Below are positions 24,820-38,578 of a stretch of 64,000 bases of DNA, piece after piece; within the stretch, counting starts at the first letter, position 1, and each line of letters begins with the position of its first letter. The notes under the pieces were generated by a model. The model was not told where the DNA came from, made no database searches, and saw only the letters and a program-made list of their open reading frames with translations. Source of the DNA: Lingula anatina (Eukaryota; Animalia; Brachiopoda); the NCBI GenBank assembly GCA_051362555.1, contig JBPQGU010000016.1:2666001-2730000 (forward strand), read 5' to 3'. Made by a program: the position numbers and the translations under genes.

Positions 24820-25521
24820 ATGAGTTTTAAAAAAATTTTAAATTCTGAAAAACCAAGAGAAAAAGCTTTAAAAAATGGTTTTAGTTCATTATCAAATAAT
24901 GAACTAATTGCTTTATTTTTAAGAACTGGTTCAAAAGATTGTTCAGTTTTAATAACTGCACAAAAATTAATTGAAAAAGCAGGTGGTTTTTCAAAACTTT
25001 TAAATATTGAAAGAAAAGAAATAATGCAAGTAAAAGGTATCGGAATTGCAAAAGCTATAGAATTACAAGCAACATTTGAATTTGTAAAAAGAATTAAAGT
25101 TTTTAAAACAGAAACAGAGATAACAAAAATTAAACATCCAAAAGATGTTTATAAATTTTTAGAATATGAATTTGAAAATGAAAAACAAGAACATTTTTAT
25201 GTTTTATTGTTAAATACAAAAAATGAAATTATCAATAAAACACAATTATATCAAGGTACATTTAGAGAAATAGTTATTGATTTAAGAGATATTTTTAGTT
25301 ATGCATTAAAAAATAATTCAAGAAAAATGATATGTGTACATAATCATCCATCCGGAAATTCAAATCCATCAGAACAAGATATAAAAACAACATCAATAAT
25401 TAAAGATATTTCATATAAATTAAATGTTCCATTAATAGATCATGTTGTTTTTGGGAAAAATGAATATTTTAGTATTTTTTTACAAAAAAAATTCAAAGTT
25501 AAAAATTTAAAAAATGATTAA
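24820..25521 (+). CDS. radC: RadC (HhH + JAB domain)
   Basis: EKPREKA, LSNNELIALFLRTG, KGIGIAKA, EHFYVLLLN, VHNHPSGNSNPSEQD, LIDHVV. Confidence 0.95.
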   Translation: MSFKKILNSEKPREKALKNGFSSLSNNELIALFLRTGSKDCSVLITAQKLIEKAGGFSKLLNIERKEIMQVKGIGIAKAIELQATFEFVKRIKVFKTETEITKIKHPKDVYKFLEYEFENEKQEHFYVLLLNTKNEIINKTQLYQGTFREIVIDLRDIFSYALKNNSRKMICVHNHPSGNSNPSEQDIKTTSIIKDISYKLNVPLIDHVVFGKNEYFSIFLQKKFKVKNLKND

Positions 25522-27043
25522 AAAAATTAAAATTCAAAATAAAAGAAAAATATTTTTATTGTTACTAATAATTTCATTAATTGCAATAATTTCTCTTTCA
25601 ATAATTAATTGTATTTTATTTAAAAATAATAAAAAATTATTAAATGAAAAAAAAGAAAATATTAAAAAATTAATTAAAACAAATGAAAATACAAAAAACA
25701 AAATAGATTTTTTTAAAAATAAAATTAAAAAATTAAGTTCAAATTTAAATTCTGATGAATTAAAATTATTATTAAATATATTTTTAGATTTAAATGAAGA
25801 TCCAATTAAAAAATTTGATTTAAAAACAATATATGATGAAATTGTTAAAGAAGATGAATATATTAAATATTTAGTATTGAAAAAAAATTCTTTTTTTTAC
25901 TTAAATTATGATGAAAATAAAAATAATTTTTTAAATATTGATAATGATGAAGATGATGGTAGTGATTTAGATGATAAAGGAAATTTAAATATTATTTCAA
26001 ATAAATTAAAAATTAAAAATTTTTTTAAAAAAAATAAACATATTTTAAAAAATTTTTTAATAAAAAGAGTAATTGTATTTAATCAAAAAATATTAATAGA
26101 AAATATTTTTAAAAATTTATTAAATGAAAAAAAATCTAAAATTAAAATAATTAAAAGTTTTATTTTACAATTTATATCTAATTTAAATAAAGAAAATTTT
26201 AATTTAGAAAAAATTAATAATTTTAAAAAAAATGTAAATTCTGAAGAATTTGATGATGAAGTAAATAAATTAGATATTGAAAGATTTTGGTTATGAATTA
26301 AATCAAAATCAAGATTTAATTTTTGAAAAACAAGAAATCCAGGAAAAGAATTTTTTCCAAATTATTTTGAAATTAGAAATGCAGGTAATTATGCTATTTG
26401 TGAAGGTGTGGTAAATGAATCAATATATTTTTATTTATATAGTAAAAAAAGACTTTACTATCAAAAACCTACAGGAAAATATCTTGATGAAACATTTACA
26501 AATCAAACATTAATTCAAGAATCTTTAAAAAATGGATGAGGTTATATTTATAAATATAATCAAAATAAAAAAAATTTATTAAAAATTACAAATATTTTAA
26601 ATAAAATAGATGAATATTTATTGAATATAAATGATTTTTTAATTAAAAAAAATATTAATTTAAATAATAATTTTGATTCTTTTTTTAATAAAGAAAAAGA
26701 AATTATAGATTTATTTGAAAATTTTTTAAATACATTAATCATAAATAACAATTTTATTATGGAAAAAATAAAAGAAAATCCATATTTAAATAATAAATTT
26801 TTTAATTTGTTGAAAGAACAAACAATAAATTTTGAAAAAACAAAAACCGAAATTCAATCTATAAATAATGCAAATGAAAATATTGATGAATATGAAAGTA
26901 GAGGTATTATAAATTATGGTGATTTTTCATTTTCAAAAATTATTAATAAGCCTTTTTTTGATATAAACAATATGAATAAATGAAATTTATTTGGAAGTAT
27001 TTTTGGATCAATTTTAACTTCTGGATTAGTATTTATTTTTTAA
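25514..27043 (+). CDS. Hypothetical membrane-anchored protein (509 aa; hydrophobic N- and C-termini)
   Basis: Two ORF fragments in one frame under code 4; start overlaps the radC stop. Confidence 0.75.
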
Positions 27044-27783
27044 TTTAATAAATCATTAAATTTTAATATGAAATGATTGTATTTATATGGTGAATATATT
27101 TTAAGATATTTTACAATATATGTTCAAAAATAAAGTTTTGTAAAAAATAAATCTGTTTTAATTTTATTTGTTGGATTAAAACGTTTTATGAATTTAAAAT
27201 TATATTTTTTTCTTTCAAAATTTACAAATGTTGCAATTGCTAAAGAATATCCTAAATTATAATTAATTTCTTTTTCAAAAATATTTTTATTTTTTATATT
27301 ATAAATTAATAATTCAAAAAAATTTGCATATAAAATAATTTTTTTATTTGAAAATTTTTTTCAATTTACATATGTTTTTGATTTAAATTCTGGAATAATA
27401 TTTTTAATTTTAAAATTATTTTCTTTTAAAAAAATCATTATTTTTTTAAAATATTTTTTTTTAAAAAAATTTAATATTTTTTTTTCAATTTCGGTTTTTT
27501 GTTTTATCTTTTGAGATGAAAAATTAATTAAATAAAATATAAGAAAATATTTTATACAATTATTAATATTTGTATTTATGTTTTCATTTATTAAATCTAA
27601 AAATATAAAAAAATATAATGTTAAAAATTTTATTTCTTTTTCAAAAAAAAATAATTTAAAAATATTTTTTTTTAAAAAAAAATAATAATAAAAAAATGAA
27701 TAATTCATTTCATTTTTAAATTGTATTGATAAATCATAAACTATATTTTTTATTAATTTTTTATATTGTTTTATTTTATTCAT
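27040..27783 (-). CDS. Hypothetical protein (247 aa)
   Basis: Frame open through TGA to TAA at 27040-27042. Confidence 0.65.
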
Positions 27784-27830
27784 TATTTATAATTATTATA
27801 AAAAAAATTGATATAAAATTAATATAAATT

Positions 27831-28313
27831 ATGAATAATAAAAATTTAAAAGAAAATAAATTATTTTTAACAAAAGAAAATGTTAAAGAATTAAAAGATG
27901 AATTAAAAGATCTTAAAGAAGTAAAACGTCCAAATATAATTAAAGAAGTTAAAACTGCAAGAGAACAAGGTGATTTATCTGAAAATGCTGAATATGATGC
28001 AGCTAAAGAAAAACAAGCAATAATTGAAAAAAGAATTGTTGAATTAAATGAAGTTCTTGAAAATTACAAATTAGTAAAAGAAAAAAATGATAATTTAATT
28101 AGAATTGGTAGTATTGTTGAATTTAAAATTTTAGATACAAATAAAATTATGAAAGTAAAAATTGGAACAAGTTTTGATGTTGATATTGAAAATAATGTTA
28201 TTTCAAATGTATCAATTTTAGGTAGTTCAATTTTAAATAAACGAAAAGGTGATACAATTTTTATAAAAAATCCAATAAATCCATATAGAATTGAAATTTT
28301 GGATATTAAATAA
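27831..28313 (+). CDS. greA: Transcription elongation factor GreA
   Basis: AREQGDLSENAEYDAAKE. Confidence 0.97.
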   Translation: MNNKNLKENKLFLTKENVKELKDELKDLKEVKRPNIIKEVKTAREQGDLSENAEYDAAKEKQAIIEKRIVELNEVLENYKLVKEKNDNLIRIGSIVEFKILDTNKIMKVKIGTSFDVDIENNVISNVSILGSSILNKRKGDTIFIKNPINPYRIEILDIK

Positions 28314-28335
28314 TTTTATAAAAAAATAATTTATT

Positions 28336-29169
28336 ATGAAATTTTTTGGAATTCTGAATTTTTTTATTTTTTTGTTACTTATTATTTTTACTTTTTATTA
28401 TTTTAAATTTGATTTAGATAATTATATAGATAAAAATGAAGTTTTAAAAACATATAAATTAATAGATACAAGTAATAATAAATATTATTTAAAAATTAAA
28501 GATAATATTTGAAAAAAAGTTAATGATTGATTTGAAGACAAAAAGAAAAATTTACCAAATGGAAAAATTAAAAATGAGTATGCTTTATTAGTATTATGAA
28601 ATGAAGATGATACTTTTGATATTATTGAAAGTACAAAAGGACTAGAAAATAAAGTTAATCCTGGAATAATTATTAAAAAGTTTTTTGAATTATTGAATAA
28701 TTCAAAATTTAAAAAAAAAATAAATGGTTTTTTTTTAGTTCATAATCATCCAAGCATTGATAAAAAAATTACATTTATAAAAGATGGTTATACTCATACA
28801 ATTAAATTTGATTCAAAATTAGGTGCAAGTAAATCAGATTTTAAAGTTTATAAAGATTTAGAAAAATATTTTAATAAAAAACATAAGAAAATTTATTTTG
28901 ATAGTTTTATTTATAAAAATGATGATGAAAAAATAGGATTATATTCTACAAGATTTAATCAAATATTTTTTGAATTAAAAAAAGTAATAGAATCAAAAAA
29001 TGACGAAACAGATCAATCAATTACTCCATCAATTACTGAAGTAAACAATGATTTTGAAGAAAATAGTGAAGAAAAAATATTGGAAGATTTTTTCAATAAA
29101 ATAAAAAATATTGATTTAAATAAAAAATTAGGACCATTAAATATTTTTGATCATTTATATAAAAAATAA
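28336..29169 (+). CDS. JAB/JAMM (MPN+, RadC-like) domain protein with N-terminal signal or TM segment (277 aa)
   Basis: MKFFGILNFFIFLLLIIFTFYYF then KNEYALLVL ... GFFLVHNHPS ... GASKSDF ... FDSFIY, collinear with the JAB motifs of the neighbouring RadC. Confidence 0.7.
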
Positions 29170-29182
29170 ATTAAAAATATTT

Positions 29183-29220
29183 AATTTAACATATTTTTTA
29201 TATTTTAAATATGTTAAATT
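29183..29220. terminator. 14-bp inverted repeat after the JAB gene, probable terminator
   Basis: AATTTAACATATTT ... AAATATGTTAAATT. Confidence 0.5.
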
Positions 29221-29467
29221 TATTATTTTAAAACTTAAATAATTGAATTTTAATATTTTAATACTTATAATTCATTTTTAATTAAAAATGAATTAAATTT
29301 ATTAAATTCTATAAAAAATAATAAAAATAGGGTATTTATAATATTTTAAAAATATTTTTTATTTTTAAAAAAAATTATAAATAAATATTATATGAAATTA
29401 ATAATATATTAATAATTATATTAATTTAATATATATGTATTTTTTTACTTTTAATATTAGATTTTTT

Positions 29468-29515
29468 TGTTGTTTACAATATTATTTACAAAGTTGTTGA
29501 CAAAGTTGTTGACAA
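29468..29515 (+). repeat. Four tandem 12-bp imperfect repeats with palindromic core TTGTnnACAA, candidate operator
   Basis: TGTTGTTTACAA TATTATTTACAA AGTTGTTGACAA AGTTGTTGACAA. Confidence 0.8.
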
Positions 29516-29537
29516 ATTTATTTTTATGATTTATAAT
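29509..29537 (+). promoter_or_regulatory. Consensus sigma70 promoter of the fic-grpE-dnaK-dnaJ operon
   Basis: TTGACA 29509-29514, 17-nt spacer, TATAAT 29532-29537; the ATG at 29544 lies at the expected +1 (leaderless). Confidence 0.85.
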
Positions 29538-29543
29538 TTAAGT

Positions 29544-30643
29544 ATGAAAATTAATTTATTTTTTTTAAATGGTGAAAAAATTTGGATTAATGAAAAAAAA
29601 ATTCAAAGAGAAGTAAAAATATTTAATAAAAAAATTAAAGAAGATTTACAAAGTAATTTTGATAATAAAAAAAATCATGAAAAAAATATAATCAACAAAA
29701 TTGTTTTGTTGTTAAAAGATATAGGATATGATCTAAATTCAAGAGAAGTAAAAAATATTATTAATAAAAAAAACCCAAGTAATAAAATGGAAAATATAAT
29801 AAATAATTTATATGATGTTTTAAATATATTTTTAACAAAAAACAAACCTATTCATCGTGGTAATTTTTTAATGTTATTTCAAATGTTGGATAATGATGAA
29901 AATAATTTTGAAAATAAAATTTTTAGAACAACAAATGAAATAGTTTTGTTTGATAAAAATAATTTTATAAAAATACAAGATTTTAACAAAATAAATACAA
30001 ATCTTGATCAATTTATTGAATTTATAAATGAATCTAAAGAAAGTGGTATTTCACCATTAATTAGTATGCATATTGTTAATATTCATAGTTTATTAATTTC
30101 ACCATTTAATAAATATAATTTATTACTAAGTAAAATAATTGCAATGTGATATTTAAATATTTTTGAAAATGATTTATTTAAAAAAATACCATCTGATTTA
30201 TATTTAGATGTAATTCAAAAAAATAATAGAAAATATAAAGAAAAAATAAAATCATCTTTTAAAGATAGAGATTATACAGATTTTGTATCATTTTTAATCA
30301 ATAAAATGAATGATTATTTAGATATTTATAATTTAAATAAAAAAATAATTTCAATTTTAAAATATAGATTTAAAAAATTTCTTGCAAATCATGAAAAAAA
30401 ATTTTTATTTATGATTTTACTAAATAATTTAGATGAATTTGATTGAAAACTATATAAAAAATTATCACAATGAAAAGCATCTAAACAATATATAATACAT
30501 AATTTAACTAAACTTGAAAAACAATATAACTTATTAAAATCAAAAAAATTTAAGAATAGAAAGTTTTTTTATATTTCACAACATTTAAAAAATATTATTA
30601 AAGAAATAAGTGAAACAAAAACATTAGGAGAAGGAATTTATTA

Positions 30644-30644
<1 letters not shown>
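29544..30644 (+). CDS. Fic-domain protein with degenerate catalytic motif and putative C-terminal winged helix-turn-helix (366 aa)
   Basis: FRTTNEIV, NLDQFIEFIN, PLISMHIVNIHSLLISPFNKYNLLLSK (versus HPFxDGNGRxxR), YKEKIKSS..DYTDFVSF; tail FDWKLYKK...SKQYIIHNLTKLEK..LLKSKK..NRKFFYI; TAATG overlap with grpE. Confidence 0.72.
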
Positions 30645-32987
<2,343 letters not shown>

Positions 32988-32999
32988 AGTTTAAAATAA

Positions 33000-34142
33000 A
33001 TGAGTAGTTCTAAAAATAAAAGAGATTATTATGAGATTCTTGGCATTCAAAAGAATGCCACAGAATCTGAAATTAAAAAAGCATATCGTAAATTAGCTAA
33101 AAAATATCATCCAGATGTTTCAAAAGAAGCAAATGCTTCTGAAAAATTTAAAGAAGTAAATGAAGCTTATCAAGTTCTTTCTGATTCACAAAAAAGAAAA
33201 AACTATGATCAATTTGGTCATAAAGGTACAGACTTTGGTTCAAGTGGTGGATTTAGTGGTTTTGATTTTAGTGGTTTTCAAGATTTTGGTAGTTTTGATT
33301 TTTCAGATTTTTTTAGTGGATTTGGTGGAAAACGAACAAGAAAAAGACAAAACACAAATTTAGATCTTTTGTACAAAATGAAACTTTCGTTTTTTCAATC
33401 AATGGAAGGTTTGAAAAAAACTTTACAATTTGATTTAGAAAATATTTGTAATGATTGTAATGGTACTGGTGCATATTCTAGTTATGATGTTAAAAAATGT
33501 GATGAATGTAACGGAAATGGTTATACAACAAATACAGGTAATAATATATTTGATATGTTATTTAATCAAAAAGCAGAATGTGAAAAATGCTTTGGTGAAG
33601 GTCAAATAATAATAAGAAAATGTAAAACATGTAATGGTTTAAAAATTATTAAAAAAACAGAAGAAATTGAAATTGTTATTCCAAAAGGTGTAAATACAGG
33701 ACAAAGAATTGTTATTGAAAATAAAGGTAAAATTAATTGAAAAAACAAAAAAAGAGGTAATTTATATATTGAATTTAATGTAGAAATGCATCCTATTTTT
33801 GAAAGAATTGATGATTTTGATTTATTATCTGTTGTACCTATTTCATATCTTGATGCATTATTAGGAGCAGATATTTTATTACCAACAATTGATGGTGAAA
33901 AAACAGTTGAAATAAGTCCATATACAAAAGATGGAAAAGTTATAAGATTAAAAGGTTATGGTGCATATGATCCAAATAATCAAAGAAAAAGAGGTGACCA
34001 TTATTTTAAATTAAAAATAAAATATCCTGAAAAATTAAGTAAAGATGAAATTTTAAAATTAAAAGAAATTTTAAGAATTTCAAAAGATAAAGTAAATAAA
34101 GATTTTATAATTAATTTAAAGAAAAAAGGTTATATTAAATAA
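33000..34142 (+). CDS. dnaJ: Chaperone DnaJ
   Basis: J domain (YHPD), G/F-rich linker, four CxxCxG repeats. Confidence 0.97.
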
Positions 34143-34165
34143 TTTAAATAAATAATAATTTTTCC

Positions 34166-34194
34166 AAAACCCTTAAAAAATTTAAGGGTTTTTT
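34166..34194. terminator. Bidirectional intrinsic terminator after dnaJ
   Basis: AAAACCCTTAAA-AAA-TTTAAGGGTTTTTT hairpin between convergent genes. Confidence 0.8.
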
Positions 34195-34690
34195 ATTTAA
34201 TTAAAGTAATTTTAAAATTTTTAATTATTTTTTCATTAATATTATCTTTATTTATTATTGTTAATTTAATAATTTTGAAATTATTAAAATATTCAAATAC
34301 TAATTTTAAATTAAATTTAAATAATTTTTCACTTATTATTTTTATTATTTCTTTTTGAAATAATTCAAAATCAAATTTAAAATTACTTTCTTTGTATAAA
34401 TTTATATTTTCATTAATTTTGTCTAATATAATTGTGTTTTTTAATATTTTTGTATTTGAAAAAATATTTTTAGATATTTCAATAAATGAATTTTCATTAT
34501 TTATATTGTTTTCTTTTGAATTTTTTTTATTAATATCTATTTTTTTGACTATTTTTTCATTATTTATATTTTTATTTAAATCATTTGATTTTAAAATAAT
34601 ATTTCAAATAATACCAAAAATACTTGAAAAAAATAAAATTAATATAAAAATTATAAAAAAAACATTAATTATTGTATTTCTTTTGATCAT
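34193..34690 (-). CDS. Hypothetical protein with N-terminal TM helix (165 aa)
   Basis: Open under code 4 (MIKRNTIINVFFIIFILILFFSSIFGIIW...); absent from the ORF track. Confidence 0.7.
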
Positions 34691-34692
34691 TT

Positions 34693-35985
34693 TTATGTTT
34701 TTTTTAATTCTAAATAATATTTATTAAAATTTTTATAATTATTATTTTTTAATTTATATAAAATTTCATTTGGAATAAAAAAAATATTTTCAAAAATTTT
34801 TGTTGTTTCATTAAAATTAAAATCAGTTTTTATTTTAATTTTTTTATTAAATGTATTATTTTTAAATAAAGATTTTTGTTTTAATTTTAAGTTTAAATCT
34901 ATAAAGTTAAATTTAAAATTAAGACTAGCATTAAAAAAATTTTCTAAATTATTTTTTTTAAAATTTATTTTCTGATTTAAAGAATCATTATTAATTTTTA
35001 AAATATAATCAAATTTTAAAAATGGTATATTAATATTTTTTATATTTAATATATATTTTTCTATTTTTTCATTTAATTTTAATAAATTTAATTTACTTTT
35101 TTCTTTTTTTAATAAAGAAATTATTTCTAAATTTATATCAGGATCTATATTTAAACTTAAATTATTTTTAAATTTTCTTATTTCATTTCAAATTAAATTA
35201 AAGTCAAAATAAATAATAAAATTTAAAAAATTTTCATTATTTATTGAAAAATTTAAATATGTTAAATTTATTAATTTATCTAAAAAAATATTATCTATAT
35301 ATTCTTCTTTAATTAGTGACTTTATAGCTAATTCTTCAGAAAAAATTTCTTTAATTAATGTTGTTTTTTGATTAAAATATGTTTTTATAAAATAAAAATA
35401 GGGGTTTTTTAAATTTATATTTTTTATTAAATTAAAATTTTTTTTTATATTTTTTGGAATAAAAAATCTTATTCTTAAAGTTCCGCCATTTTTTTCTATT
35501 AATTTATTTAAATTATTTGTTGGATATCATCAAATTTTAATTTCATTTCAATCATTTTTTAAAAAACAACTTTTTTTAAATAATAATCCATCTTTTTTAT
35601 TTACTAATGCTTTTTTTGTGTTTGAAGAAGTTATACTTCTATAATTTTTTTTATCACTATCTATTTTTCAACATCCATCTTTTTTAAAATTATTATTTAT
35701 ATTAAATCCCCATGCTAAATTTCAATTTTCTCTTTTTTGAAATAATTGATTTGCTGTTAAATTATTATTTAAAGATTTTATTTGATATCCAATAAATAAT
35801 TTTATTAATTCTTCTCCTTCAATATTAAAATATGGAAAAAAAGATAGTCCAACATATGGTTCAATAATTATTTTTCTTGATTCATTTTCTTCATAATTTC
35901 AATTAAAATTAGTTGCACCACTTCAATTTGCATCTATTTTAATTTCATTTTTTGTATTTAATATTGTTTCAATAGAAGTGAACAT
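34693..35985 (-). CDS. Hypothetical protein (430 aa)
   Basis: Read codon by codon with no TAA/TAG from ATG 35985 to 34693; Trp-rich N-terminal half; absent from the ORF track. Confidence 0.75.
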
Positions 35986-36054
35986 ATTCAAAAAAATATT
36001 AGTATTTTTTAGTTTATTTTTCTTTTAAAAATAAAAAAATTATAAAATATATTT

Positions 36055-36267
36055 ATGAATATTGAAGATATTAAAAGATTAAAATATGAAGTTGAATTTT
36101 ATAAACAACAAATAAAAGAACATCAAAATGAAATTAAAAAATTAGATAAAAATTTTATACATGATATTCAACTACATATAAGACAAATAGATTATTATAA
36201 AACAAATATAAAAGATTGCATTTTTCTTATAAATGTAATTAAAAAACAATTAAAATTAAAAGATTAA
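36055..36267 (+). CDS. Small hypothetical coiled-coil-like protein (70 aa)
   Basis: ATG-initiated ORF, charged and helical-looking; its 3' end overlaps the glyQS 3' end. Confidence 0.55.
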   Translation: MNIEDIKRLKYEVEFYKQQIKEHQNEIKKLDKNFIHDIQLHIRQIDYYKTNIKDCIFLINVIKKQLKLKD

Positions 36268-37716
36268 ATTTTTAATAATATTTTTTATTTCAATTCTTTT
36301 TTGATTAGTTGTTTCTCTATTTCGAATTGTTATACAATTATCTTTTTCAGTATCAAAATCAATAGTAATACAATACTTTGTTCCTATTGCATCATGATAT
36401 AAATATCTTTTACCAACACTTTTTTTTGTATGTAAAACAATACGTAAATTTGTATTTTTTTTTAAAATTTGAAATATTTCTTTTGCTTTAACATTTAATT
36501 TTTCAGTTAGTGGTAATATAGCTACATTATAATAACAAAATTTAGAATCTAAATTTAAAACTAATCTTTCTTTATCTAAATTTTTTTCTAAAATTAATTT
36601 TTCAAATAACATTGCTAACATTAATCTTTCAACACCAAAAGATGGTTCAATAACAAATGGAATAACTCTTTTACCATTTGAATTATATAATTCAATACTT
36701 TTTTTTGAATGGATTTTATGATTTGTTAAATCATATTGTCCTCTATGTGCTAAACCAATTATTTCTTGTCAACCAAATGGGAATTTATATTCAAAATCAG
36801 ATGTAACTTTTGAATAATGTGCTATTCCAGTTGTTTGTCTATTTTCTCTAAAATTATTTTTACTTAAATTTAATTTATTTTCTAAAAAATAATTTATTTC
36901 TTTTACATATTTTTCAAATCAAAACATTGTATCTTCAGGTTTTTTATCTTCACAAAAAAATTCAATTTCCATTTGTTCAAATTCAGTAGTTCTAAAAATT
37001 GATTTTTCAGTTGTTATTTCATTTCTAAAAGATTTACCAATTTGTGCTAAACCAAATGGAATTTTTAATTTTAAAGATCTTGCAATTTGTGTTGCATTAA
37101 TAAATATACCTTGTGCTGTTTCTGGTCTTAAATAAACAAATTGTTGTTTATCAAAAGAATTACCTTTTTCAGATTTAAATAAAAGATTAAAAGATTTAAA
37201 AATATATCATTTTATTTTATTTAAACAATTAAAACATTTAATAAAAGATTCAATAATTTGATTTTTATTATTAAATTTACAAAATGTTTCATTTTTATTT
37301 AATGTATTTTCTTTTTTACAATTAAAACAAATTATTTTTTTACAATTACAAAATAATTCTAGATTTTTTAATGATTTTAAATTTTTAATTTCTTCATTTG
37401 AAAATTCTTTTGTTTTATGACAAAATTCACATCTTGAAATATATTGTCCTTGAAATGTTTTTAAATGTCCACTAGCAAATAAAACTTTTTCATTTGTTAT
37501 AATCCCTGAATCCATTCCATGAATCAATTCATTTTTTTTAACAAAAAAATTTCATCATATATTTTTAATTTCTTTTTTTATAAACATACCTAATGGTCCA
37601 AAATCATATGTTGATGATAAACCACCATAAATTTCAGAATGTGGAATTATAAATCCATATTTTTTTGAGTAATTATTAAACTCATCTAAAGTTAATTTTC
37701 TATTTTGTATTTTCAT
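36256..37716 (-). CDS. glyQS: Glycyl-tRNA synthetase (alpha2 type)
   Basis: EIYGG, YDFGPLG, YLRPETAQGIF, QIGKSFRNEI, EFEQMEIEFF, VIEPSFGVERL, DAIGTKYCITIDF. Confidence 0.95.
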
Positions 37717-37807
37717 AAAATTATTATATTTTCTTTTATATTTTTTTTGAATTCTTTAAAAAATATAAAAGATATAATTAATAAAAAGAAAAAAAATAAA
37801 ATAAATT

Positions 37808-38578
37808 ATGAAAATAAAAATTAAAAATGATTTATATTTAAAAATTTTATGATTTATATTATTTATTTTTTCATTAATTTCTATTATTTTTATTTTTTTA
37901 AAAGTTTTTTATATTTATGAAGGGAAAAGAATAGAATTTTTAGAAAAAATAATATTTCCATTTTATGTTTCAAATATATCACTTTTTTCATCTTTTTTTA
38001 TTTCAATATTAATGTTTTTTAATATTTTTAAAAATAAAATTAATATTGAAAAAAAAATAATTATTTTTAATACAATTAATTCTTTTCAAGTAATTTTGAT
38101 TTTTTGATTAGCATTTGTTTTTAAAAAAAAATATGATGAAAAACAATATTTTTTCAAAAATATAATTAATGCAATTTCTACAATTTTATTACATGTTGTT
38201 GTTCCATTTTTATCTATAATTATTTTTTTTATTTGAAAAAACAAAAATATTATTCTTATTAAAAAAAAGAGTTTAAAAGAAATATTAAAAAATTCATTTT
38301 ATTTATTAATAATTCCTACACTTTGAAATTTAATAATAGGTATACCATTTTATTACTTGTTGTTACCAAGTGGACCAAATAAAAATACAGCAATTTATTT
38401 TTTTTTAGATTTTAATACAAATGGATTTAAAAAAACAATTTTATATTTTTTTATAATTTATTTTTCATATTTTACAATTACATTATTTATAAACATATCA
38501 TTAAGTTATAAAAATTTAAAAAATATAAAAAAAAGAAAAGAAATTAAGGAAAAATATGTCAATATCAGCACAAAATAA
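37808..38578 (+). CDS. Polytopic membrane protein (Pr6Pr/DUF1600-like)
   Basis: About six hydrophobic segments, LLHVVVP and IYFFLDF motifs; family call tentative. Confidence 0.6.

Noticed and set aside
29184-29219. dif-like site (arms resemble XerD box TTATGTTAAAT)
   Set aside because: Arms are 14 nt apart rather than 6 and sit just after a stop codon; a terminator is the simpler reading.
34392-34727. 111-aa hydrophobic plus-strand ORF
   Set aside because: Antisense to the longer minus-strand ORFs 34193-34690 and 34693-35985.
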